Counted from the first letter of the stretch, positions 1 to 14,987 are shown. The stretch: 64,000 bases of DNA from Chrysomallon squamiferum (GCA_012295275.1 CM022669.1:7936001-8000000), one strand, 5' to 3'. Program-made: numbers and translations. The notes: generated from the sequence alone by a model not told the origin.

Positions 1-3000
1 ACCAAGTTGGAGCATCTGTGTTTGCAAATGCAGAGTCAGCCAAGGATCTTTTCAGTAAGTCGCACACAACACCAGACTTTAAAACAACTTACAGTTTGTT
101 ACTGCTGTTATCACAGAGAATGTATTGAGTTTAAATTAATAAAATAAATTTAAAAGTTAATATAAATTTAATATATATAAACAAGAAATAAATAAATAAA
201 ATGTATGCATAACCATTTATAATGGGTTTTTTTTTTATTAGTTTATTTATTTGCAATACCATTAATAAATAAAAATTTGATGGCAACAATTAAAACAAAC
301 AAAAATGAAAACTTACTAAAACATTTTTTTTTTTAAATTTTTTATTATAGAATCTGTTGAAGAACTTGTCACAGGAACTATAACAGGAAGAAGACGTCTC
401 CTAGCAACCACAACAGTCCCAACCAACCAGGTGACAAATCCACTTGTCTGTCTTGAGACAGACGAACTGGTTTTGTTTAAAATCTTACTCAACTACACAG
501 ACCGCGCCAGCAGCCACTACCCCATCTATCAGAAAGACCACCTCTACAACACCAACCCCAACTTTGACTTTGGTGCCTTCACCCAGATGGCCAATCTCGT
601 TGTCAACACCAATGTTACCATAACAACATTTGCTTTCGTGTTTACTGTTGGAGGAACGTATGTGTTTGTAGATTCCCAGGAGCCTGATGTTGACGTAGTT
701 ATAGTTGTCAAGCCAACTGGGGCCACTTGCCCTCCAGGTGCATCTCGCATCCTCCCATCAACCACGTCAAACCTCATCTCTCTTGGTGTGTACAAACAGA
801 CAGTTGCTAATGAAGTCCCAGACTGGGGTCTCATCATAGGTAAAATAACACTCAGTCTTTATAGTTATTTTAATATTGTCTTCTATTCATTTTTAATATG
901 CCAGACTCAGTCTTTTATTCATTTTTAATATGCAAGACACAGTCTTTTATTCATTTTTAATATGCCAGACTCAGTCTTTTATTCATTTTTAATATGCCAG
1001 ACTCAGTCTTTTCCGTATATTTAATATGTCAGGTTCGATGTTTGTAATGTCTGGCTCAGTCTTTATACTATAATAAAAATATATAATCAGTCTTCAGAAT
1101 ATTTTAAATATACTAGGCTCAGTCTTTATTTTAAGATAAAGTTCTACTGTAGTTTGGTATAATCTTTTGTTTTAATATGACAACTCACATTTTGTAATGG
1201 AAGAGGAAATCGAGATGAGATTTTATTGATTATTATTATTATTACAGGTCTGATTGCTTTCTTTGGTGCTTGCATGGTGCTGCTGGTTGTTGCTGTGCTG
1301 GTTTGGAAACCTCGTGACTCTATCATCTACCCACTAAAACACTGGAAGCCAGTTTACAGACGACTTGGTATTCCACCACCAGTACCATCATACATCAGAT
1401 ATGACACAGAACACTGGCCTGAGAAACAGAGGTATAATATACCAGTAGGCTTTTCTAAATAATTACTAGTAATGATAATAATAATAATTATTATTATTAT
1501 TATTTGGAAAAGTTTAAAATATTGATTAACTTTAAGATTCTAGTTAAAGTTAATGTTAAATCATTAATGGTTCTCTATAATAAATACTTTTAAAATTGAA
1601 ACAGAAAATAGTTTTAAATAAGCTTTTGTTTCTCTAGAAATTATTAGTAATAAATGTTTAGCAAACCTTAACTGATGTTATTAATTGTTCTTTTGATTTC
1701 CATTTTTACCTAATTTTAAATGCAAGTTTAAAATAATAAACAGTAAAATGTTTCACCTGTTTATTTGTTTAGCAATGGTCTTGAAGGATTGGGCATCAGA
1801 TCTGATGGAGATGGGGCAGAAATGGAGAAGAACGTATTTATGAGTAATTAATGTTTTCAACATTTTTGCTGTCTCACATGTTTGTTTCTTATTTTACTGT
1901 TGTAAATGAATTTTAATATATTTACACATGACAGAAATTTTAGTGTTAAAAAACTAAATGGTAATATAATGATCACAAAACAAACCCAGTAGATTCTTAG
2001 AGATTTAAATGCAGATTTCAGTGATTTTTTTTTTTACTTCATTAACATAAATATTAACTGAAAATGAAATACAAATATGTAGTTCTGCTATTTTAATAGT
2101 TAAATGTATTAGTGCATATGTGTGTATTGATTTGTGTCTGTATAATATATGTATTTTTTTTGATTTATGTGTGTGTGTGTTTGTAAAATGTCAGTAATTT
2201 TAGTAGTGAGACAATACATTCCAGTAACTGTGTTGTTTAAAAGCATCAGTAAATAAAACTGTGGTATATTTAAACATTTACACATTTAATTACTATTAAC
2301 CTAGGATCTGGCAACTCAGAGCTGGAGTCGTTCAATGTGCGAGTTCTCTATGACAAACTGGAAGACCAGAACCTCCATCTTGCCTCTCAGTTGGCACGGC
2401 AACAGGAGGATCTTCAAGGATTCTACAAGCGAATCTGTAATCAGAATGACGAACTCAAGAAACTTCTTCGTGACCTTGACCCTGCCAAACTGGAAAAGCT
2501 AGACAAGGCCAGACAACAGGGAGGTGGTCTTGTGAGAGAGGGGCTGCAAGGAGCAGCAGGTGCAGGGTCAACTGTAGTCAACACCAACATAAGCTATGGC
2601 AGCTCTACCAAATTTGGTGCACGTGGTGAGAATAATATGGATGATTTATTTTAGAGAAAGGTTGCAGGATTATTAGCATGTATCTAAATAGACTGAGTTT
2701 TCTTCTGATTTTATTGTTAAAACAGACATCACAGTTGTGGAAACCAATTCATCCTATTGACTATATATATTACCAACTGTAACAGAAACAGATTTCTAAT
2801 ATATTCAGTGTGTTGCTATTATTTTGTGTACATACAAGTGATTGTTTTATTTCTTATAAATAATGCATCACTGATGGTGCAAGCAAATAACTTAGGTAAT
2901 ATTTTATTTTTTTCTGTGTATTTTATTTTATTTTGTTTGTTTTTTTCACCTAAACTTTACTAATAACAAAGTTTAAAGTTATTGATAATTAAAATTGTTA

Positions 3001-4481
3001 CCTGTACGTACGAGACAGCTAAATAAATGATGTTATTTGTTTATAATACTTAATTGTTGTTGTTTTTCACAGAAGGTGTAGCACGTGAGGGTGAGTTAAT
3101 GTCTGCTCTACAGCTCTTGCTAGATAGACTGAACTCTGGAAACATTCCCATGAGTCCTGAGATGTTAGAGAGACTCCGTAAAGGTGAACCTGCAGGCCAG
3201 TCCACTAGAACAGCTAACCAGTTTGGAACAATTTCTGTACAGGTGTGTACAACTCTGTGTTTCTCTTAAACTTTGTTGTTATTATTGGTTGGACACCAAC
3301 TGTTCTGATCTGACCCCAGGTCTACCAGTCTTAGGATTGATGATTATTTGTTATTTTCATTAACCACTTCAGATTATTTTGATTTTTACATTTGTAATAT
3401 ACCTGCATTAGGATTTGATTCCAAGTGCATTAATCTTATGTCAATACCTAATTACTCTGTGATTAACACTGATCATTATCCAACATACTGTTTCATCAAC
3501 ATATATGTATTAATTATACCAGTTTGATAGGCAAAATATATTTAAAAAAAAATATATATTTCAGATTTAAATTTTATTTGTTTATTTGTTTATTTATATT
3601 TAATACTACTTTATGGCTTATTTAAAAATTTCATAGACTCAGGCTCAAGCAGAATTGTTGCGCAGACAGAATGGAGAGAAGATGCAGTTGGAACGGGATC
3701 TCGAGAAAGATGAGCTGGAAGCTTTTGGTCACCTACTGGAGGATGAGGAGAAAAAGAGAAAACAGACAGCAGATGGACTGGCACAGTCTCTGACTCTCAA
3801 ACTACAGGGTGAGACAAGGCTAAGATAAACTCTTCTGTCAAGTCAGTCTGTTTATTTGTCACTTAACTTGTTCACTTTCATGTTAAGTATCTCTAAAATG
3901 ACAGATAGTTTAGCCCTTGTTTGACATTTTTTTTTTCCATATTTTAGCCCGAATTTTGTGCTTACTAAAATAAAAATTCATCATGCATATTTTTAATGAA
4001 AATTACTACTTTGCTTGTATTATAATTAGAGAATTACATTGTTTTATTTAGTATTTAAGTATTTAGGTTATAAAATATTACATACAATGAATGTATCAGG
4101 ATTAAACTGTTACTCTGTATTTCTACTGTAGGCAGTACATTGTACATAATATAACACATTACATAATTATTTTATAGTACTGTTATACATTTCATTATGT
4201 TTCATTACATTATATTGTGTAACATAACACCTACAGATTATAGCATTATAAAACTTTATGTTAATGACTGTAGGAGATCTGAAGGAGTCTGAAGTGAAGG
4301 AGATACTGGAGGACCATGAGAAGAAGCTGGAAGCTGTGATGATTTCTCAGAACAATGACAAGGAAAGACAACTTGAAAATCTTCGCAAAAAACTAGCTGA
4401 CAGAAGACGACAACGTGAAAACCAGCTCAGAGAAAAACATCAAAGAGAGGTTAAAACTTCATCTATTCATGTCATGAAAAC

Positions 4482-4520
<39 letters not shown>

Positions 4521-4604
4521 TTTATATTACATACATATTATTCATAAATAATACAAAATCATAAAATATTTAGTTTATGATGATGATGATAATCATCATC
4601 ATCA

Positions 4605-4636
<32 letters not shown>

Positions 4637-5063
4637 TTCTGTTTTGTTCTGTTCTATTTTTTGTTTTATTAAATTTTAAAAAATGTTATTCATAGGCTGA
4701 ACAAGCAGGTCTCCCCCCTCCACCTCCCAAGGTGGACGACACTGACATTGTAGTAAAGACAGAACAGGACGTACTGGATGCTGTGACATCGGACGAAGTT
4801 GCCGGGCTGACAATGGCTGAAGTTACAGCTGACAAAAAATCTTCAGAGAAACTTCGCAGAAAACTCTCCAAGAAAGTGAAAGAACATTTGGTATGTTAGT
4901 CAATAAATAACAGTAGTAGATCATCTGTGTCTGTACCTTGAAAAACCTTTACTATTTTTAATTTTTTTTTTTATTTAATTAATTATAGAAATTAAGATAT
5001 TAGTTCTAATAAAATAATTTGTTCTAAAGTAATAGTTATTTTTACTGTTGTTATTATGATTAT

Positions 5064-5095
<32 letters not shown>

Positions 5096-5108
5096 TTACT
5101 ACTATTAC

Positions 5109-5154
<46 letters not shown>

Positions 5155-5376
5155 TAAAATCTTGAAACTGCTTTAAACAAAAACATTTTAATTATTTGCT
5201 CACTTTTATAGTTATTTTATTTTTATATAACATTATGTAACATGATATAATTTTCTGGTCTTATACAGTGTAACTTTAGGTTATATGTCATTGTTTTTTA
5301 TTAATTTGTATTTTACTGAACTTTTTCTTTTATTATAATTTATTTATTTATTTATTTATTTCTTCTTCTTCTTCTT

Positions 5377-5407
<31 letters not shown>

Positions 5408-7638
5408 TTATTATTATTATTATTATTATATTTGGTTTGTGTCATATGTCATTATGTAACATCACATCATGTAAAGTGATTTTATTTGAAATTTTATTTC
5501 TAAAAGGAAACACTTGGAACTCAGAACTTACTGAACAGGCAACAGGTAGACAATTTCATGAAGAAACAACACGAACTTGAAGACAGTCTAGCCAAAACAA
5601 TGACAAACCGTCGGGAACATCAGGAAGAGAAAATCAGAAACAAGATGGAGGAAAGACGCCAGAGAAAGATGATGCAGCTTAGAGACCAGCAGGAGAAGGA
5701 AATGAACGAGGTAACCGTGGAAACAAGACTGTATTTTACACACCCGAGTTAGCTATCTTTTAGTGCAATGGAATCTTTTGTTTTTGCATTTTGCTTATTT
5801 TTTTTTTTTTAGAGATTTGTTTTAATGGTACTGTTGATAATCTAAAGGACTAAATGACATTTTAATTCAGTTTCAAGTTACTGTTTTAACTGTTTGTGAG
5901 AAGCAGTCTGTGCTAGTATTAATAAATGACAGTAAAATATTTTATCATGGAATTATATAAACTGTGTCATTTTTCTCCTGTTATTTCTGACTTTTATTAA
6001 ACACACACACACACACACACATATACATGTTATGTCAGTATATAGACAGATAAAAATTAGCTGTTTTGGTGATTTCTTTTTATTCAACAATATTCTGTCT
6101 GAAATGTAACATGATATGAGCATCGCCGGTCCAGTTAAATGTGGACTTTTACTCTTCTATTATTTACACAAAATAAAAAATAATCCTGGAATCAAATAAA
6201 AATTGTTTTATTTTTAAATATGAATACAACAAAGTAAGAATTTAGATTTTACACAATTTTGGTAAATTTGTAGATGACGGGCAAACTGATTCAGGATGGT
6301 CACACGGATGATCTAGAGAGGATGACAGCTACACTAGAGGAGAAACACCAGCGAGAGAGGGAGGCAGAAGAGGCCAAGCTTAACGTGTTGGAGAATGAGC
6401 ACATTCGACAAGTCACTCAGGCTGTTGATGAGGAGCACACTACTCAGCTCAAAGATGCTCACAGAAACCTGCTCAAAAACGTATGTTGTTGTCACTGTTG
6501 TTGCTGCCGCCGATGATGATTTTGTTTTTCATTCTCAGTTTTAATTCTATCTACGATTTTTGAATCTTTAAAGTTCTTTATACATTGTGTTTTAATTTGA
6601 CTGTTGAATTTGGTGATGACCATATTCTGCTATTACCAAAGTCTGACATTCTGACAGCCAATCTATTTTTCATGCTGGAGTTTCATTAAACATGGATTGA
6701 TTCATTCACTTTATTTTTTTTTTTTTCTTTTTTTTTTTCTTTCTTTAATTTAATTTTTTTTTCTTTTTTAATAATAACATATTTTGAAAAAAAATAATTT
6801 AAGTATATATTTCTTAATACTTTATGATGTTATTTTTCTTATTCTTATATTACATTATTCTTACAAAACTGTAATACATTTTGTTACATTTTATTTTATT
6901 GCATTGTATTGTATTGTACTGTACTATATTTTATTTATTTTTTATAGTGTTATATCATTTTATAATATATTTTATTTTTATTTATTGTGCTATATTGTAA
7001 AATAGTTTAGTGTTATTGTACTACATTTTATTTTTATTTTGTTGGGTTATATTGTAATATAGTGTATTTTTATTGTACCACATTTTATTTTTATTTGTTG
7101 TGTTATATTGTAATATAGTGTATTTTTATTGTGTTATATTGTAAAATAGTTTAGTGTTATTGTACTACATTTTATTTTTATTTGTTATTATATTGTAATA
7201 CAGTGTTTTTTTATTGTAGTACATTTTATTTTTATTTGTTGTGTTATATTGTAATATAGTGTATTTTTATTGTACTATATTTTATTTTTATTGTGTTAAA
7301 TTTTAAAATAGTTTATTGTTGTAGTACTATATTTTATTTTTATTTGTTGTTATATTGTAATACAGTGTGTTATATTGTTACACACAGATGGAAGGAGATA
7401 TTGACCCCTCAGCTTCTCTCACAGCACAGAGGCTCATGGATGAGTATCGACGTGACCTTGAACTTATAGAACAGGAGAGCCATCATGACAGACACCGTCA
7501 GCTAGATGACATTCAAGTAAATTAATAAATCTCATCTCCTCTCTAATATTTAAATCTGATCTTTTATTTTTCTGTAACTGTCCTTTCTTTGAACAGTGAT
7601 ACTGCAACATTCTTTCTTCATTTTCTTCTTTTTTCATG

Positions 7639-7701
<63 letters not shown>

Positions 7702-10208
7702 GTTGTTGTTGTTGTTGTTATTCATCTGATGTTTTATCAGTGCATCTACACATTATTGTTATCACCATCATCATCATCATCAGCATCATATAGTTTAACA
7801 TCCATCCATATATTTTTTACAACATTTGACAGTAGATAAATACAAGCTGTTTTTAATAACTTCATATACAGTTTAAACAACTAGTGATGTTTTATGCATT
7901 GTCCTGTAGGCAAGAATTGCAGCTCGCAAGGCAAGGAAACTGAAAGATGCTCAGAGGAAAATGGAGGAAGATGCTGCACAGAGGTTAGTGGAGGAACAGA
8001 GCAGACAGATGAAGCAGTCTGGATTTGGAACAGATGTGCCCCCTGTTGGCGACTTACAGCACATGCCTCAAGTCAAGTATGGGGAGACTGTTCAAGAACG
8101 GGCTCTCAAGAAGGAGCAGGTATGATTCTGTTTTTTTCAAATTCTAACTTGCTTATTTGTTTTATATGTTTTATATGTTATTGTAAAGGATAATAGTTTA
8201 GAAATGAATGGGGAAAAAAAAACCTGTTGGTTTATAAATTCCTATGCGATTTAATTTATTGCTTTTCTTTACTTATCCACGTGGAAATACAAACATTGAC
8301 AAGCACACTTACACTTGCTGTCACACACACTGCACAAGACACACAACACATTCACAGAAGCCCACATTAATGTGCATAATAAGCACCACTAACATATATG
8401 TTACATAAAAGATTTTTATACTCCTACAGGACCGTGCTAAGGAGGAGCTGAGAAAACGACAGACGAAGGAGCGTGAGCAGGTTGTGTCCAGTGTGGAACA
8501 GGAGACGGTGAAGTCTGAGAAGGAGCTGAAGAAGCAGCTGGACGAGGAACACGAGAAAGTTTTACGAGAAACGAGAAACAGACTGGCGGCTGAGGCAGCC
8601 GCTCGAACCGACCTCAGCAAAGACCAGATGGCAGCTGTGAGTGTTTCAACACATACCTGTGTCTTCATATAATCTTTTACCATACCTGTTACCTTATTAT
8701 TAGTCAAATTATTATTATCAAACTTCTTCTAAAGTAATATATAATTCTGTCATTTGCTTCTCACATGCATAATAGTTATTTGCAATTGTTGAATTTTCAA
8801 CCAAACATTATCTAAAGAGCAAAGAACCATGTTTTGTTTTATTTTTGTTGGTTTATTTTGATTTTGTGGGGGGCAAAATGATTTTTTGAAAAAATACTGT
8901 AAGAAATGGTTCTCTCCTCTGTCTTTACTCTGTTGTATATTATAAATATCTCTTTAATTATTACAGAAAGTTATTAGACTAATTTATTCATTCCTTCATT
9001 CTTTTTGATTATTATTCATTTCATTCATTCTTTCTTTTTTTTATTTAATTTAATTAATTGATTTTGTTTATTTATTTTATTTATTCATAATTTTTATATT
9101 CATCTTATTCATTCACTATTTTGTTCGATCATTTTATTCATTCACTATTTTGTTCATTCATTATTTTTTCATTCATTTTGTTTACTTATTCCATCTTTCG
9201 TTCTGTCTTCCAGCTGCTTGCATCTCACCAGCAGGAGCTGGAGGAGCTGGAGGAGAGACTTCACAGTGACCGGGTGCGGCAGACTCTGGCCCTGAGAGAC
9301 CAGCTGGCCCACCGGAGGAAGCGAAGACTGGACAAGCTGCGACGCAAACAGGAGTCCGAACTGACCAAAGAGATGCTGGTGCAGCAGAAAGAAGTGGAGG
9401 AAATTAGACTGAAACAGGTGACAGACAGAAGTTTGTGTGGTTGTTTTGTGAAGATTTTTTAGTATATATATAATTTAAGAAACCTTAATACTGAAGACTT
9501 TCTGATATCAGAGGTTCGTTTTTATTCATGTTTATTTTGTTGTATCTGGAATCAAAGTTTATGTCATCTTGTTGGAACAAATTTCAGTTTCTTACACAAC
9601 ATATCTGAAATCAGAATGAAACATAAATTTATATAGTTATTTTGATTAGTGTTCAAGATTATTAATTGAGAAATAAAAGCTAATATATATATATATTTTT
9701 GAATTATTATCAAAACATTGTTTCCTATCTTGTTTATTTTGTTGATTTTTACTGTATCTGGAAATAAATTAGTGTCCCTTTGTTAAAACAAATATCACTT
9801 GATTTGACAATGTTTGTTGAATTGTGTTTAATTCTGGTTAAATTATTTTGACACAAAAAAGGCGAGAGAGGTGGAGAAGAAAGCTATAGAGGAAGGAATA
9901 CGGGAGAACGGAAAGAGGAAAGTGACAAGGTTGTCAAAGCTGTTCTAGCCAATCGTCACGCACAGGTGAAATGTTACAACTTGTTCTACTTTTTTATACA
10001 AATTATTTCATCTGCCTATTTACTTTGTCATACAGCTGCAGATGAATAAATATATTCTCTTTAAAGTTCCTTGCAATATAATGAAATGCAGTATATTTAT
10101 AAATGCATTCACAGTCAATTTGCAGTTTAGTGAAATTAAATTAAAAAAACAGCAAGTTGAAATGAAATTAATCTTTATTTTTTTGTATTATTAAACAAAA
10201 TTGTTGGT

Positions 10209-10243
<35 letters not shown>

Positions 10244-13200
10244 TTTGTTTATTTATTTATTTGTTTGTTTGAGTGTTTATTTATTTGTTCATCACAGGAA
10301 ATGAGGGATCTAGACAACCGATATGCAGCTTTGAAAAAAGTCATGGTAGATGATGCTTTGGCCAAACTTCATGAGAAATTTGATAAGCAGCGAGATGCCA
10401 TGACAAAACGTCACCAGGAGGAACTGGCAGCATTGCAGGTAATGTCAAAATGAAAATAAACCTCTACCAAACTCTCTGTGAACATGGGAGATTGTATCTT
10501 TATTTGTGTGTGTTATTAATTTTATTGTCTGTGACTTAATATAGATCAGTTGTCATTATTTACAAAACAGAATTATTCAGATATAAAAAATAAGAGTAAC
10601 AGAATTTTAAAAGTAATTGTTCTTTTTTTAGAAACTTGGTCTCAGCCCTCAAGAGTTCCAAGACAGAAAAGCTGAACTTCTGAATAGGCAGCATGTGGAG
10701 CTGTCGGAACTGGATAAGCAGTTAGCTAATGAGGAGGGTGACATCAAGCGGGGGGCTTTGGCTGACTGGAATGTTGAATATGCCAGAGCCAAACTTGACC
10801 TCAAGGAAAAACACTACAAGGTAAAGACAACCAAACTTTCAATAATAGTTTTCACTGAAACTTCATGGCAAGTGATGTCATGATATGCACATATTTGAAC
10901 AATTTGAAAAGTTATTTCAGAGTCTTACGATTATCTATTCTTTTACTTAGTGGTTGAAGAACACTAACCCAAAATCTTGAAATACGACTATGCTTAATCA
11001 GAGAAAAATACAACATTAACAAGTTTTTGTAATGAAACCAAAAATATTTGAGATAAAAACTGCTTACAAATATAAAATAGCATCTCATTTCTTCTGAAAC
11101 TGGAATATGTATTCAGAATATTAACTATTCTTTATATATTCAAGAAATCTGTTTAATATTGTTTTTAATCCAAAAAAAATAACTGAAGCAGTTGTGATAT
11201 TTTTTTTAAGGGCAGGAAAATTGTTTATTTAATTGACATGCATCCTATTATTTGTTATTTATTATTAGGAATATGCTGATGCTCTCAGACATTTTGCTTC
11301 AAATGAAGATGATGCCAAGCTAGCTGAAGTTGCTGCTGAAGAGTTGGAGGATGTGAAGAAACAACTGGAGCAGCAGCGGCAACAACAAGAAGAGGCTCTG
11401 AGACGAGAACAAGAAGGTAAACCGTCACACACAGAATTTACTCTTCTCGTTCTACCACCATTACAGTTCTGTTGTGTCTCCTACACTCTCACTTCATTAT
11501 CCGAGGCACCTAATTAAAACTGTTGAGTTCAGTAATTATTTTATTTATAGAATCTGATCATCATTCTAAGAAGATTTAAAAGAAAATGTCACTGCTGAAA
11601 CATAATTAACAAATCTAAATTTTGATGTCACTACAATCAGTTGTATATTTACTACTGTTTCAGAGTTTGAGAGAAGAGAAAAAGAGAGACTTGATGCAGA
11701 GATGAGTGGGTACATGAAACAACTGGAAGAAGAAACACAGAAGGAGAAACAAAAACACGAACGAAACATAGAGGCTCTGAACAAGAGGAAAGAGGAACTA
11801 CTGAGAGAGAGAAAACAGAAACTGAAGGTAAAATTCACTGTGATTCATTCTCATGCTCTACAAGAATCTTTTTTTCTGTTTGATATTTATATTCAGTTGT
11901 TTTAAAGAGAGACATGTTAACTTTAGTTATAAAAAAATGATTTACAGAATATTTACCTCTAGGCCATAAATCCTTCTTTGTACACCAAAACAATACATGT
12001 GGATATACATTTACATAGTCGAACAGATGAAAATGTGAAAATTTACATACCAAATTAATTGTCACACAATACATATAAACTAATATTAGAAGAAAATGTG
12101 AATATTTACATACAAAATTAATGAACACAGAATGCATGAATATGTGAATATACACGTACAAATTAATGGGCATATAATTCATTAATATTTGAATAAACTC
12201 AAACAAACTAATAGACACAAAATATATGAACACACTAATAGACACAAAATAGATTCAATATATGTGAACTTACCAATAGACACACAATAGACGAATATGT
12301 CAACATACTAACTAATGGACAGACATCAGAATTTCGTCAGGACCTGTTTAAATATTTCACTGGGTTTTTTTTTGTCAGGATGAGTTGGACAGACTGAAAG
12401 AACAAGGAGCAAGTCCCGATGAGCAGCAACGGCTACTACAACAGCATGAGAAGGACACTCAGCAGCTGGTCAACAGGATGGAGGCTGACCGTCTGCGCAT
12501 GCAGAGCAGCCTGCAGGAGCGACTGAAGAAGAGGAAGGAGGGAAAGATGAAAGAGAAGGAGAAGGAGATAAAAGAACAGTTGCAGGATCAGAGAAGAGAA
12601 CTGGAACAGAAACAGAGGAGCGAGCGAGAACATCTGAAAACAGACGAGGTAAAACGTCTCAGATTTGTTTTGTTTTTTAACTTTTCTTTTTTTTTTTTTT
12701 TTTTTTTTTCTTTATTTCCTCTTTTTTAATTTTTTTTTTTTTTTTTTAATTTTTTTTTTTTTTTCTTACAGGTCCTTGGGTATTTTTAAGTATAGCTTCT
12801 CAATTTTTGTTTGTTGAATTAAAACCTTTATTTCACTGTTCATTTATTAAATATCTGAATATCAAAAAATGGATGAAATAAAACATTTCTTTGTTTCTGG
12901 TATTTAAAAAAAAAATTTACTTTAAATTACAGTTTTTTTTTTATTTTCAGTGTTTCATAGAACTGTGAATGATAATGCATTGCTTTTATCTTTTCTTCTC
13001 CTTCTTAAAAAAAACAAAACATTCATAATATTTATTTCATTCAGAATGGGATAACAGCTGTGACATACACACATGACTAGTCACAAACACAAAAACTATT
13101 TTTTTTAAAATTTACATCGTTTCAGATGCTGACATTGAAAGAAGCTCTGAACATTGACCAGCTTACCAGCGAGAGACCTGAACCTACTGGACGAGCTTCC

Positions 13201-14956
13201 CCAGTGTCCATTGATGATGAGGAAACCCCAGTCCCTGACAGCAGTGACTTTCCAGAGTCCTACACGATGACCGCTCCTCTCAACGAGGCAGAACTGATGG
13301 CACTGCTGGTGGCATCACCTCTCTACAAGAAACTGGAACAAATGAAAACTAGCCTCGCTGAGGGAAGCACTGGAACCAGAAGCAAAACTCCTTCTGGTAA
13401 GCTACAAGTCTTACATTCTTTGTTATATTACAGATATAATGTACAGTTTTGTCTTCTATCTTGCACTCACAGCTAATGTATTTGGGTTATTCCCTGTTCC
13501 TTCTGTTGATTTTACATTATAGTCCATTCCAACTACATCTTACAGCCATGGGATCAAATATTTTAGGGTCTGTATATTACAGGTAACTGCTAAGAGTAGC
13601 TGATAAAAGGGTTGTTTTTTGGTTTCTCGACTTATACTGTTATTATACATTTACACAACTGACACTAATAAATGTTTATTATTTTATCTATATTATTAGT
13701 TTCAAACCAATGTTTTGTCTGTGATTCAAATGACAGCTGATTTTATATATTCTGTAGGAGACTCAACAATTGATGCCAAAGATGCTGAATGGACAAAAGA
13801 TACTGAACTACAACCAGTTGACCTGAACAAGGTGAATGCGAGAACATTTGTTGTGTACAAGTTTGGCACATTTGTGGCAGACTTAGTGGCATCCCACTGC
13901 CACCACCATCCAATCACCATCCTCCTCGCAGACAAGATTCCACCCAACAACCACCTCAGCCAAAACATCTACCGCAACTCCTTCCACTTTGATGCCAACA
14001 ACCGCATCCTGTACGTGCGTTCAGCAAGACTTGATGTTGTTGGAGAGTTTGTCCTCGTTCTGGTTCACTGCATGGCTCACATCAAAGCAGGTAAAAGAAA
14101 ACTTACAACTGATTTCAGTCACCTGAATATTAAATTTACACTCTACAAAATCAATTTTGATGTCATGTTTTGTATTCGATTTTGAGCTTATACTAAGTCA
14201 TAATCTCAAATTAAAAAACAAAGCTTGTCATTTGGCATTAAATAAACTTCATTTTTTTTTTAAATTAATCTTTCATGCAATGCTATTTCCACTTAATTAA
14301 CATTCAGGAGGGTTATCTGAATAAAGTTTCACTAAGAATTTCTACATATTTTACACTTCAAACATTTTCTTTCTTTTTTTTAATATCCAGGTGATCTTCG
14401 TGATGACAGAAATGCAGATTTCATGAAGGAGTACCAGAAAGCTTTGGCTGTGGTCTGTGATGACCTTTTCTTTTCGAGATTCAACCAGTCTTCCAGTGCA
14501 GTCAAAGCCTTGGCTAAAGCTGATCCCAAGTCTGGACAAGCTGCCAACACGATGCTGCAGTCAGTGTTCAACAACAAACACAACGAGGATGCCAAAGCTG
14601 ATGTTGTCGAGGACCTGCTGAATGTGAAGCTGTCACCAAACACAGACAGTCATGGACTTGAGTTCAACAAAGACAGAATTCAAGAAAGGTTTGTAGATTT
14701 GTCAGATATTTTGAATAATGAATAACAGACTGCTTTACTCAGACGAGATTCAAATTATGACTTCATGTATGTTGATACATACTGATTACTTGTAACCTAC
14801 TGATTAGCACTATAAACTGTAACCCAGTTTTCTTTGATCTTTAGACTAATCTCATGACATTTGGTTTGATCATAAAGTTTGTTAGTAGATTCTAAAATTT
14901 ACAAAGGAAAGAATCAGTGTAGCTTCATCTGCTTGGCCAAGAACTATAATGTTAAT

Positions 14957-14987
<31 letters not shown>

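Noticed and set aside
850-1130. Regularly spaced ~32-bp repeats superficially like a CRISPR array
   Set aside because: Head-to-tail units without unique spacers, inside a eukaryotic intron, with no cas genes; an ordinary minisatellite.
6784-7839. Hydrophobic F/I/L/Y-rich and poly-N/poly-I ORFs (also 32939-33196, 39099-39404, 53570-53851, 56648-56851, 62746-62994)
   Set aside because: They are translations of AT-rich introns and microsatellites, with no splice-phase support or family motifs.
544-14643. Minus-strand ORFs overlapping exons of the giant gene (e.g. 544-837, 8321-8707, 13726-13968, 14380-14643)
   Set aside because: Antisense shadows of real + strand exons, with no independent coding signal.
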